64,000 nt of DNA from contig CANJLD010000013.1 of assembly GCA_947475165.1 (NCBI GenBank), positions 13,250 to 77,249 on the forward strand. Direction: 5' to 3'. A program made the position numbers and the translations under genes. The stretch is from Bacteroidota bacterium (GTDB lineage Bacteria; Bacteroidota; Bacteroidia; Chitinophagales; LD1). The notes under the pieces were generated by a model that was not told the origin of the DNA, made no database searches, and was given only the letters and a program-made list of their open reading frames with translations. Positions 55,395 to 64,000 of the stretch are shown piece after piece. Numbering within the stretch: the stretch's first letter is position 1; every line of letters starts with the position of its first letter.

Positions 55395-55679
55395 ATGGAT
55401 GTTAAAGAACTACCCAAAGGCATACGTGAATCGGAATATCTAACAGAAGGCAATTTGAAACAGTTAGCTATCTGCGAAAGACTACCGACCGAAAAAGAAT
55501 TATTCGAAATGCGACCGGTACCCGAAGTGATACATATATTAGAGAACTACGGACACGATTTTGTTCTCTTCGAAAAAGAAATGCACGAACTCGCCAAACA
55601 GGAAATTGAACAGCACAACGAATGGTTTGCGCTCAAACTGTTGATGGTGGTGGAATACACTCGCGAGAGTTTAGTTTAA
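55395..55679 (+). CDS. hypothetical small protein (94 aa)
   Basis: Its ATG is 3 nt after the purB stop. I recognise no motif. Confidence 0.5.
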   Translation: MDVKELPKGIRESEYLTEGNLKQLAICERLPTEKELFEMRPVPEVIHILENYGHDFVLFEKEMHELAKQEIEQHNEWFALKLLMVVEYTRESLV

Positions 55680-55692
55680 AATAATTTCCCGT

Positions 55693-56076
55693 TTATATCA
55701 ACTCCTCTATTTTCTTCTTAGTAAGAATTTTATCAGTTACTGTTTTAGCCAATGACAAAGTAGTCTGCAAATGTTGCAATGATTTATCCTTATTTTTCCC
55801 TTCATAGAGATTAGCTAAGAGCGAATGATATAAATGATTGTCATTCAGGTTCAGTTTTTCGGCTTCTTTGATTGCTTCTTCTCTCCCATTTGCCTTTGCC
55901 AGTGCATACGTTCTGTTTAGTGCTGCTATAGGTGAGTATTCCATTTGCAGCAGTTTATTGTAGAGTTGCAATATGTTCTCCCATTTTTCGGAAGTATTGC
56001 TTTTATGTGTATGCCAATAGGCAATAGCTGCTACAGATATTTCAAACCAATTAAGAGCGTTTTCTTTTGACGTCAT
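55693..56076 (-). CDS. stand-alone homologue of the C-terminal (DUF6596-like, TPR-like) domain of SigJ-type ECF sigma factors; sigma domains absent
   Basis: ...YSPIAALNRTYALAKANGREEAIKEAEKL...HLYHSLLANLYEG resembles the C-terminal ~130 aa of ~400-aa ECF sigma proteins. Only 87 bp separate it from the upstream gene. Confidence 0.5.
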   Translation of the reverse strand: MTSKENALNWFEISVAAIAYWHTHKSNTSEKWENILQLYNKLLQMEYSPIAALNRTYALAKANGREEAIKEAEKLNLNDNHLYHSLLANLYEGKNKDKSLQHLQTTLSLAKTVTDKILTKKKIEELI

Positions 56077-56163
56077 GTTTTTTGTTTTAACAGTTATAAA
56101 AATGAATTACACCTTCATAACGATTGAGGTTTCGGGAATTGGACAAAAGGAGAAAATAATTTT

Positions 56164-58410
56164 TTACCGAATGAGGGTAACGGTTCCGTGGATATTGGTG
56201 AAATTACTCCTAGACAAGCGGTACGTAATACGATAAACATAAACACCTGCCGGTGCTGTATGACCCTGATAGGTGCCGTCCCAACCATTTTCGTTATAGG
56301 TATCGAAAACTTTTTCGCCCCAGCGGTTGAATATGGTTATGTGAATATCAAAGATGGTGCAATTGGCAAAGGCATTGAACCGGTCATTGTTTCCATCATT
56401 GTTAGGAGTAAACACATTGGGAGCAAACAGGAAACAGTTGCAGTTGGTGGTTTCATAATCTACCTGAATAGTATCTGCCTTGCTGCAATTGCTCACATCA
56501 ACTTGTGCCCAATACATCCCCTGCTGAGTTACCGTATAATCCGCGTTAGTTGAATTATCCTGCCAGAGATAACTTGCGTTTGGCGTGGCAACATTCAGCA
56601 GAAGGGTTTCGCCTACACACAAAGTAGTGTCATAGCCAAGGTTTATTGCGGATACAGATATTACAGAAAGAGTAGTGGTAGAAATACTGTCACATCCGTT
56701 TACCGAAGTAAATGTGCTACTGTAAGTTCCCGCGGTGCTTTCGTAGTTGCCGTTTATTAAAACACTATCACCCGTGCAGATGGAAATATTTTGTATGGCT
56801 GATGATGTTGACAGAACAGCAAGATTTACTGTAACCACACTATCACATCCGTTGGAAGCGGTATAGATTACAGTATAAGTTCCCGCGGTGCTTTCGTAAT
56901 TTCCGTTAATTAATACGCTGTCGCCATTGCAGATAGAAGCATTCTGCGTACTTGATGAAGCAGCTAATAATGCAAGATTGGTAGTTGCAATACTATCACA
57001 TCCGTTTACCGAAGTGAATGTGCTACTGTATGTTCCCGCGGTGCTTTCGTAGTTCCCGTTTATTAAAACACTATCACCGGTGCAAACAGAAACGTTTTGT
57101 GTGCTTGATGAAGTTGGGAGAACTGCAAGATTGACCGCAACGATGCTATCGCACCCGTTTGCCGAAGTAAGTGTATCGCTGTAAGTTCCTGCTGTGCTTT
57201 CGTAAATACCGTTAATCAAAACACTGTCATCAGAACATATGGTGACGTTTTGATTGTTAGTTGAAGCCGGTAACACACTAAGGTTAGTTGTAGCAACACT
57301 GTCACAACCGTTTACGGAAGTATAGGTTGTACTGTAAGTTCCTATTGTGCTTTCGTAGTTACCGTTAATCAAAACACTATCACCGGTACAGATAGAAATG
57401 TTCTGATTACTTGTTGAAACCGGCAATAGAGAAAGGTTTGTAGTGATGATACTATCACAACCATGAGTGGTAAGCAGAGTATCGGGATAAGCACCTGCTG
57501 TACTCCGGTAAATTCCGTTAATCAAGACACTGTCACCGCTGCAAATACTGGTGTTGACCATGCTTGCTGCCGGTGCATAAACCCTGATGGTGCGCGAAAA
57601 GTTGCTGCTACCGAAACCGTTTGATGCGGTAAGTGTAGCGGTATAAGTACCTGCCGTATTATAGCAGATGTTGGTTGGATTCTGTGCGGAGGATGTTGCT
57701 GTATTTGCCCCGGGGAATGTCCATGCCCAAGTGGTTGGATTGTTGGTGCTTAAATCTGTAAAGCTAATACAGGTACCGGTGCAAAAATCAGTATCGCTTG
57801 CGCTGAAGTTGGCTATAGGTATTTGCGGAGTGCTGCATGGTCCTACTAGGTTAAAGCCATCCAGCGAAGCGTAGTAGTTTCCGGTTGGTGCTTTTGCCTG
57901 CAACACCATAGAAGCAGCGGTGGCGGTAAAAGTAAGACTGAGTGAGTTCCAGTTAGGCCCCATAGGGAAGGAGTACGTTTGACAGGTAGCTCCTACACAA
58001 ACCTGCGGCATTGCCGGAGCGCTGTTATAAATAGAGGTACCGGTACCGAAACAGGCACCGCAAAAGTAAAGTGTGTAAGTGTTACCGGGAGTAAGGCCAG
58101 TGATAGTTGTTTGCGCACATTCACCCAAAGCAGCTAAACCCAGCCAGTTTCCGCCATCCGGTGAAGGTGAAGAAGGAATTTGCGAACCGGTGACATAGGA
58201 TGCAAAAGTAGTGTTACATAAATCGGGAGAAAAACCGCAAACGGTCCAACCGGCTGCATTAATAACCACATTATTACCTACCGGGGAACCGTTTAATGAA
58301 CCATTCGTGACAACTTGTGCCTTTAAAAAAAAAGGAAACAGCACTGACAGCACAACAATGATGCTGATAAGAAATTGAGTGGCAGAACCTGTGGGGTTAA
58401 ACTTCTTCAT
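56164..58410 (-). CDS. surface protein with PKD domain, six 51-aa Cys-containing repeats and T9SS type-B C-terminal domain
   Basis: Signal peptide and a PKD segment (WAWTFPGANTATSSAQNP). Repeats read CTGDSVLINGNYESTAGTY...NGCDS. The C-terminus reads FAPNVFTPNNDGNNDRF...FNRWGEKVF...GWDG...GVYVYRI. Confidence 0.88.
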   Translation of the reverse strand: MKKFNPTGSATQFLISIIVVLSVLFPFFLKAQVVTNGSLNGSPVGNNVVINAAGWTVCGFSPDLCNTTFASYVTGSQIPSSPSPDGGNWLGLAALGECAQTTITGLTPGNTYTLYFCGACFGTGTSIYNSAPAMPQVCVGATCQTYSFPMGPNWNSLSLTFTATAASMVLQAKAPTGNYYASLDGFNLVGPCSTPQIPIANFSASDTDFCTGTCISFTDLSTNNPTTWAWTFPGANTATSSAQNPTNICYNTAGTYTATLTASNGFGSSNFSRTIRVYAPAASMVNTSICSGDSVLINGIYRSTAGAYPDTLLTTHGCDSIITTNLSLLPVSTSNQNISICTGDSVLINGNYESTIGTYSTTYTSVNGCDSVATTNLSVLPASTNNQNVTICSDDSVLINGIYESTAGTYSDTLTSANGCDSIVAVNLAVLPTSSSTQNVSVCTGDSVLINGNYESTAGTYSSTFTSVNGCDSIATTNLALLAASSSTQNASICNGDSVLINGNYESTAGTYTVIYTASNGCDSVVTVNLAVLSTSSAIQNISICTGDSVLINGNYESTAGTYSSTFTSVNGCDSISTTTLSVISVSAINLGYDTTLCVGETLLLNVATPNASYLWQDNSTNADYTVTQQGMYWAQVDVSNCSKADTIQVDYETTNCNCFLFAPNVFTPNNDGNNDRFNAFANCTIFDIHITIFNRWGEKVFDTYNENGWDGTYQGHTAPAGVYVYRITYRLSRSNFTNIHGTVTLIR
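56645..57575 (-). repeat. six tandem 153-bp (51-aa) repeats, some pairs more than 90 percent identical at DNA level
   Basis: For example, ccgaagtaaatgtgctactgtaagttcccgcggtgctttcgtagttgccgtttattaaaacactatcac near 56700 is almost the same string as one near 57005. Confidence 0.85.
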
Positions 58411-58460
58411 AAATGCTAATGAAGTTGTGAATTTAAAATATTCTATATTACTCTTTGCCT

Positions 58461-59195
58461 ATGCTAAACAGAATGAAGAAGACGTATTATGTATTGATAG
58501 TGTTGCTTACTACTGCACTTTCTGCATTTACTCCTGAGAAATCTGCAACAGATAACAGGATATTAAGCTATACTGTGAACCCGAAAACGCAGGAGCTTAA
58601 ATTTTACTGGAAAGATGAGAAGGGAGATATATATAAGAGTATACTTAACTTAAAGAACCAGTTTGCCGGTAAACATAAAACACTGGTGTTTGCCATGAAC
58701 GGAGGTATGTATATGCAGAACAACGCTCCGCTCGGGCTGTATATAGAGGAGAACAAACGCTTGTCGGCCCTCAACCAGGCTACCGGTACCGGTAATTTTT
58801 ATTTAAAGCCTAATGGGGTGTTCTATATTGCCTTCGATAAACACGCAGTAATCTGCAAGAGCAATGATTTTAAAGAGAATAAGAACATTGCCTTCGCCAC
58901 ACAATCGGGGCCCATGTTGGTGATTGACGGTAAGATTCATGCTGAATTTAAGGAAGGCTCTAAGAACTTAAACATAAGAAATGGTGTAGGCATTTTACCC
59001 GATGGCAAAATTGTTTTTGCTCTGAGTAAAGAGGAAATAAACTTCTACGACTTTGCTAAATACTTTAAAGACCTGGGTTGCAAAAACGCTTTATATCTGG
59101 ATGGTTTTGTATCGCGCACTTATTTGCCTGAAAAGAAATGGATACAAACCGATGGAAACTTCGGAGTGATTATTGGCGTAACGGTTCCTGAATAA
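58461..59195 (+). CDS. phosphodiester glycosidase family protein (DUF2233)
   Basis: Motifs FAMNGGMY, NFYLKPNGVF, QSGPMLVIDGK, IRNGVGI and NALYLDG. Confidence 0.8.
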   Translation: MLNRMKKTYYVLIVLLTTALSAFTPEKSATDNRILSYTVNPKTQELKFYWKDEKGDIYKSILNLKNQFAGKHKTLVFAMNGGMYMQNNAPLGLYIEENKRLSALNQATGTGNFYLKPNGVFYIAFDKHAVICKSNDFKENKNIAFATQSGPMLVIDGKIHAEFKEGSKNLNIRNGVGILPDGKIVFALSKEEINFYDFAKYFKDLGCKNALYLDGFVSRTYLPEKKWIQTDGNFGVIIGVTVPE

Positions 59196-59240
59196 TGGTC
59201 AACCCCGAAAGTTTTTTTGAACCCCTTAGGGTTTGCATAA

Positions 59241-60581
59241 TTAGAAAAATTTCCTCACCAGTTCTTCGCTTTGTCCGATGGCTTCTTCTTCGTCTTCCGC
59301 CATTTGCTTTTGAACAGCAATGTTGTGTTCGGTATAAGTAATAGCATTTAAACCGGTACTTACGTTCTTTGTTTTAGTCATAAAATCTGTTTTATACTTA
59401 GCGGGCAGCGGGTCGGCAAAGGTTAGCTTTTGATGCAGCGGGTCAACCTGTGCACCGTCTTTCCAGAAGCGGTAACATACGTGCGGACCGGTTGCTAATC
59501 CGGTGCTGCCTACATAACCAATCACTTCGCCTTGTCTTACTCTTACACCGGGGCGTATGCCTTTTGCAATTTTACTCATGTGCAGATACTGCGTTTTGTA
59601 TTCTCCGTTGTGGCGAATCTTTACATAGTTACCGTTAAACACTTTGAACTGCGCGTTCTCTATTACCCCATCAGCCGTAGCCAGAATAGGAGTTCCGTAT
59701 GCCGCTGCATAGTCGGTGCCTAAATGCGCTTTCCAAATTTTGGTAACCGGATGGAAACGTTTTATGGTAAAGCGCGAAGAGATACGCGAAAACTTAACCG
59801 GTGACTTCAGAAACTGTTTCTTCATGCTGTTTCCATTCTCATCGTAGTAGTCGCCTTCGTGAGCGTTGTCCTTTGAATAGTAAAATGCATAGTTGTCTTT
59901 GCCACCGCTGTTGAACACTATGGCACTTATTTCGCCAATAGCTACGCTCCTGCCGTTCACCATATCTTCATCATAAATAATCTTGAACTTGTCACCATTC
60001 TGAATTTTATAGAAGTCGACACTCCAGGCAAAAATCTCTGACATGCGCACAGCAAGCGAAGGATCAATATTGTTTTGCTCCAGTGTTGCGTATAGCGATG
60101 ATTGAATAACCCCGCTTACTTCGCGGTGTTTACGCTCTACCGAGCTTTGTCCGCGGTACATGTAAAGCGAATCATCGAGGTTAAACACTACATAGTTCAC
60201 TTTGCTTTCTTCATACACCAGCATTTTCGGAATCATGAGCGAGTCATTCTTCTCGCACAGTACAGTAAACGAGTTACCGGCTTTTATCTTCTTCAAATTA
60301 AAAACCTCGCCCGACTTACTTACAAAGTAATTGATGGCACCGGCTGTAACATTGTATTGCGAAAAAATTTCGGAAAACAATTCATTCGGCTTTACTAAGT
60401 GATTGAGCACCTTAAAGTCGTTGAGGTTAATGCCGTATTTAAACACGGCTTCTTCTCTTACAACCGCTACCTGTTTCTGCGGTTTTTCGCCTCTTAGTTC
60501 GATTACAATTTCCACTACCCATACGGCAATAATTATCGCAAATAATATCAAAGCAACAGAAGGTCCGTATTGTTTTACCAT
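59241..60581 (-). CDS. M23 family metallopeptidase with N-terminal membrane anchor
   Basis: HLGTDYAAAYGTPILATADGVI and YLHMS...GYVGSTGLATGPH motifs. The likely start is MVKQYGPSVALILFAIII at 60581. Confidence 0.85.
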   Translation of the reverse strand: MVKQYGPSVALILFAIIIAVWVVEIVIELRGEKPQKQVAVVREEAVFKYGINLNDFKVLNHLVKPNELFSEIFSQYNVTAGAINYFVSKSGEVFNLKKIKAGNSFTVLCEKNDSLMIPKMLVYEESKVNYVVFNLDDSLYMYRGQSSVERKHREVSGVIQSSLYATLEQNNIDPSLAVRMSEIFAWSVDFYKIQNGDKFKIIYDEDMVNGRSVAIGEISAIVFNSGGKDNYAFYYSKDNAHEGDYYDENGNSMKKQFLKSPVKFSRISSRFTIKRFHPVTKIWKAHLGTDYAAAYGTPILATADGVIENAQFKVFNGNYVKIRHNGEYKTQYLHMSKIAKGIRPGVRVRQGEVIGYVGSTGLATGPHVCYRFWKDGAQVDPLHQKLTFADPLPAKYKTDFMTKTKNVSTGLNAITYTEHNIAVQKQMAEDEEEAIGQSEELVRKFF

Positions 60582-60742
60582 AGTAAAGTATTTGAGCCAT
60601 GAAAATAGTTGCACCGGTGCCGATAAGGAAGTATTTGACTCATTCGTTAATAACACCAATGGTAAATGTGTCGTACAGAGAAGACAAACCCCCAAATCCC
60701 CTAAAAGTACTTGAAAGGCAAAGCCGGATTTGTATTTTGTAT

Positions 60743-60773
60743 TAAGTCCCCTTTAAGGGATTCAGGGGTTTTA
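60743..60773. repeat. CCCCT...AGGGG hairpin element, copy 1
   Basis: taagtcccctttaagggattcaggggtttta is about 80 percent identical to the element at 62587-62616. It overlaps the stop codon of the DUF2147 gene. Confidence 0.6.
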
Positions 60774-61223
60774 CTCCGCCAGTGTCCAGGTAGAAGTTCG
60801 GCCTAAGAAAGATGCACTGCAAATAAAGCCGCGAAGGTCGAGAGTGGCTCCTTTATAAGTTAGTTTGCCGCAGTATGTTTTTCCGTTCTTCGGGTCGTAA
60901 ACGGTGCCACCTGTGTAAAGGTTTTTGTCTTCAGCATCTATTGAAAAGCCACGGAGAATCAAGAGACCAATGACCGGTGTTGATTGTTGTTTCTCATCCG
61001 GGTTTTCTTTGTCCAGTTTTGGTTTGCCGGTCTTCTCATCATTTGGTTTATCTAGCCATACAATTTTGCCGTAATACTTTCCGTCCTTGGCAAGGTAAAC
61101 CTGAATCTTACTGGTCTTTTCCTGATTATACCATGTGTGTTCAATCTGATTTTTTTCGCGCTGTGCAAATGTGGCTATACTGAAGAGCATTAAGGTGATG
61201 ATGGTTACAATGTTTTTGTTCAT
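60771..61223 (-). CDS. DUF2147 domain protein (secreted)
   Basis: The likely start is MNKNIVTIITLMLFSIATFAQ at 61223, followed by ...GKIVWL...GGTVYDPKNGKTYCGKLT...LDLRGF. Confidence 0.8.
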   Translation of the reverse strand: MNKNIVTIITLMLFSIATFAQREKNQIEHTWYNQEKTSKIQVYLAKDGKYYGKIVWLDKPNDEKTGKPKLDKENPDEKQQSTPVIGLLILRGFSIDAEDKNLYTGGTVYDPKNGKTYCGKLTYKGATLDLRGFICSASFLGRTSTWTLAE

Positions 61224-61397
61224 GTGTTGTTGTTTGTTGTTGTATGTAATTATTGTGCCAAAATAAAAAGTTCTATGCAAACAATTGTTTCCTCACGGAC
61301 GATATCGCAATTATAAGGAGATGTATCATAGACGGACCCAAACATCATTTTCTTTTTTTGCAAATTCGTGTAGGTTTGCCACGCAAAATTTTAAACT

Positions 61398-62573
61398 ATG
61401 AACGAAGTATATATTGTAAGTGTAGCACGGACAGCCATTGGAAGTATGAGTGGTGTATTGTCGCAACTTTCTGCCGTGCAGTTAGGTGCGCAAACCATTA
61501 AGAAAGCTATTGAGCGTGCCGGCATTACAGGTAACGATGTGGAGGAAGTTATAATGGGAAATGTGATTCAGGCAAACACTGGTCAGGCACCGGCACGGCA
61601 GGCAGCATTAGCTGCGGGTGTTCATGCGGGAGCAACATGCACAACCGTAAATAAAGTTTGTGCGAGCGGAATGAAGGCTATTATTTATGGCGCACAATCA
61701 ATTATGCTGGGCGATAAACATATTGTGGTTGCCGGTGGAATGGAAAGCATGACCAACGCGCCTTACATGATGGCAAGCGGAAGAAACGGTTACCGTTACG
61801 GTAATGGCGAATTGCTGGATGGTATTGTTCGCGATGCTTTGCAAGACCCTTATACAAAAGAGATGATGGGCAGCAGTGGCGACCGGTGCGCCAAAAAATT
61901 CAACTTTACGCGCGAGGAGCAGGATGCATTTGCTGTAGAGAGCTACCGCAGAGCCGGTGAAGCTTACAAGAACGGCTGGTTCAGCGATGAGTTGTTTGAT
62001 GTTGAAATAGCCGGACGCGGTGAATCGACTTTTGTAAAAGAAGATGAAGAGTATAAAAAATTACGTGCCGATAAAGTAGCAACCTTGAAACCAGCCTTTG
62101 GAAAAGACGGAACGGTTACGGCAGTAAATGCTTCTAAAATAAATGACGGTGCTGCAGCGGTGGTTTTAATGAGCGGAAAGAAGGTAAAGGAACTGGGACT
62201 GAAACCAATTGCCAAGCTAACCGGTTATGGCGATGCCGAACAGGCACCGGATGATTTTACTACTTCGCCTTCTATTGCCATGCCTAAGGCTTTAGCTAAA
62301 GCAGGTTTGGATATTAAGAGCGTAGATTATTTTGAAATTAACGAGGCCTTTGCCAACGTAACTATGGCCAATACTAAACTGCTGGGTTTAGATGCTGCAA
62401 AAGTAAATGCCTTTGGCGGTGCGGTGGCCCTTGGGCATCCGGTGGGAGCGAGTGGTGCGCGTATTATTATTACCCTGCTTTCTGTGTTAAAACATAAGGA
62501 TGGTAAATACGGTTGTGCAGGTATCTGCAACGGTGGCGGTGGTGCAAGTGCGGTAGTGATTGAGAGATGCTAA
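61398..62573 (+). CDS. acetyl-CoA C-acetyltransferase (thiolase II)
   Basis: Active-site contexts [16 protein letters not shown] and CNGGGGA. 391 aa. Confidence 0.93.
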   Translation: MNEVYIVSVARTAIGSMSGVLSQLSAVQLGAQTIKKAIERAGITGNDVEEVIMGNVIQANTGQAPARQAALAAGVHAGATCTTVNKVCASGMKAIIYGAQSIMLGDKHIVVAGGMESMTNAPYMMASGRNGYRYGNGELLDGIVRDALQDPYTKEMMGSSGDRCAKKFNFTREEQDAFAVESYRRAGEAYKNGWFSDELFDVEIAGRGESTFVKEDEEYKKLRADKVATLKPAFGKDGTVTAVNASKINDGAAAVVLMSGKKVKELGLKPIAKLTGYGDAEQAPDDFTTSPSIAMPKALAKAGLDIKSVDYFEINEAFANVTMANTKLLGLDAAKVNAFGGAVALGHPVGASGARIIITLLSVLKHKDGKYGCAGICNGGGGASAVVIERC

Positions 62574-62581
62574 AGAGGACC

Positions 62582-62616
62582 ACCCCTAAGTCCCCTAAAG
62601 TGGATTTAGGGGTTTA
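62582..62616. terminator. CCCCTAAG hairpin element, copy 2, between convergent genes (bidirectional terminator candidate)
   Basis: acccctaa (62582-62589) pairs with ttaggggt (62606-62613) around a 16-nt loop. It overlaps the last codons of the minus-strand gene. Confidence 0.5.
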
Positions 62617-64000
62617 CCAAAATTTTACCTGTATAGGTTTTACCGGTATTAGTAATTCTTACCACATAGAATCCACTGCTTAGTTCTGCTGTGCCAACGG
62701 TAATTTTATTGCTGTTTTGGTTCACCGGTGCATTCATTCTTTCGCCAATAATGTTGAACAATTCTGCCTTTGCTGAACTTAAATCAACACCTTCCATTGC
62801 GCACACAAAATAATTGCGTGCCGGGTTTGGATAGATTTTCAATTGCATTTGGTCAGGCAAAACCTGAGGCGTTGAAAGGACTGTGCTTTGATCCCACATT
62901 GAATCGGAATACATCAGCAAACCGCCTCTTGAGTTACCTACTAAATATTCCAGCAAGCCATCGTTATTAATATCGGCTACCGAAATAGTAGCACGGGTTC
63001 CAGCATCGCTCTTTAATAAATCGGCATCGTTAAGCGTAAACGCACCGCTGCGCAGGTTGTTCGGGTTTATATCGTAATTGAATATAGCTCCACGATTAGT
63101 TCCTATTAATAATTTTAAGACACCTGTGCCTGTCTTTAATACAAAAGGCACCGCATAACCTTCGTTAGAGCCGGACTGGGTTATGTTTATACTTCCAAAA
63201 CTTACGTTAACCGAATCTTTATGAAACTGCGGATTGGTCTTGGTTCCAAAATTCCAGAAGTATGAAATCTTTCCATCCTTTTTACCTACCAGAATATCTA
63301 AAAGCGAATCGCCATTTACATCGTAAATAAACGGTGCGCTAAATTGTCCGGCATCAATAGAATCATATTGCGGTGTGGTCATGGCCGGGAAAGCTGCAAT
63401 TGTGCCACCGGTGTTTTTAAAAAAATGTAGATAGCCGTTTATTTCGCCCACTAGCATATCCTGTTTGCCATCGCCATCTAAATCGCCAAAGGCGGGGTGT
63501 GGTGCTACCAATAAATAATCGCTGAACGGTGTGCCACCGTTGCCTTTGTAATCTTCGGTGCGCATTTTAAATTTTGGCTGAGTAGCAGTGCCGGTGTTTT
63601 CGTAATAAGCCAGCGTTCCTTTATACGTTTGGTAAGGACGGAAATATCCGAAGTTACCTACAATAATATCCTGCAAGCCATCGCCATTAAAATCAAAGAA
63701 CACCGGTTTAGAGTCTGTTCCGAAATCGAGCATATCGTGCACTAAAAACGAATCGCTTTGATATTCAAAATTGCAGATTTGATTGTTTGCATTTTTGTAA
63801 AGCTTTACATTTTTAATATCCATTCCGCCTGCAGTAACGTTGGGCGAAATGAGTATATCTTCTAAACCATCGTTAGTTACATCGGCACCAAAGGCAGCCG
63901 GATAGGTTGCCATAAGTATAGGTGTGTTGCAAACCGGGTAAATTGAATCCCATTGAGTAATGTTGGCGTAAGAACTGTCTCCGCCATTCTTTAAAAAACT
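62606..64000 (-). CDS. FG-GAP/VCBS-repeat protein with T9SS type-A C-terminal sorting domain; N-terminus beyond the right edge
   Basis: Repeated D.NGDG..D motifs. The C-terminus reads LKIYPNPARNYFV...GFYVVRITNTGKTYTGKILVNP. The frame stays open upstream of the M at 63913 through position 64000. Confidence 0.85.
   Translation of the reverse strand, partial: SFLKNGGDSSYANITQWDSIYPVCNTPILMATYPAAFGADVTNDGLEDILISPNVTAGGMDIKNVKLYKNANNQICNFEYQSDSFLVHDMLDFGTDSKPVFFDFNGDGLQDIIVGNFGYFRPYQTYKGTLAYYENTGTATQPKFKMRTEDYKGNGGTPFSDYLLVAPHPAFGDLDGDGKQDMLVGEINGYLHFFKNTGGTIAAFPAMTTPQYDSIDAGQFSAPFIYDVNGDSLLDILVGKKDGKISYFWNFGTKTNPQFHKDSVNVSFGSINITQSGSNEGYAVPFVLKTGTGVLKLLIGTNRGAIFNYDINPNNLRSGAFTLNDADLLKSDAGTRATISVADINNDGLLEYLVGNSRGGLLMYSDSMWDQSTVLSTPQVLPDQMQLKIYPNPARNYFVCAMEGVDLSSAKAELFNIIGERMNAPVNQNSNKITVGTAELSSGFYVVRITNTGKTYTGKILVNP

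Overview
The window looks like a chromosomal segment of a Bacteroidota genome. The evidence is six proteins with type IX secretion (T9SS) C-terminal sorting domains, a PorP/SprF gene, gliding-motility type-B C-terminal domains and no Shine-Dalgarno signals. Family calls come from motif recognition only, since no similarity search could be run. Most of the window is housekeeping: ribD, the sufBCDSE operon, asnB, tilS, etfBA, gyrA, prfB with its +1 frameshift, topA, purB and a thiolase. Three accessory, surface-protein-rich stretches interrupt it: about 11.6-16.3 kb, 32.3-45.3 kb and 55.4-64 kb. I saw no tRNA or rRNA genes, transposases, integrases, cas genes or recognisable defence genes. The most unusual signals are these. 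(1) A 15-unit, 21-bp tandem array with alternating A/B unit types (44958-45272) sits between an orphan gene and gyrA; it shows no codon-phase signature and invariant 8-mers recur every two helical turns. (2) A 105-bp tandem repeat (about 3.1 copies) encodes a very His-rich 35-aa repeat protein (14905-15402), and its inter-repeat substitutions fall mainly on third codon positions. (3) A family of 7-nt-periodic A/T-rich arrays lies directly 5' of start codons or forms inverted hairpin arms at gyrA, etfA and the nucleoside-transporter gene. (4) A divergent Rrf2 / TSUP-exporter / flavoprotein / AIM24-like cluster has no assigned pathway. (5) A secreted operon encodes a T9SS-tagged protein, a collagen-like protein and a Pro-rich protein. 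(6) A 3185-aa T9SS type-B adhesin carries 10 Ig-like and 18 PKD modules and is paired with PorP/SprF. None of these is demonstrably a new system from sequence alone. The findings give explicit tests for each.
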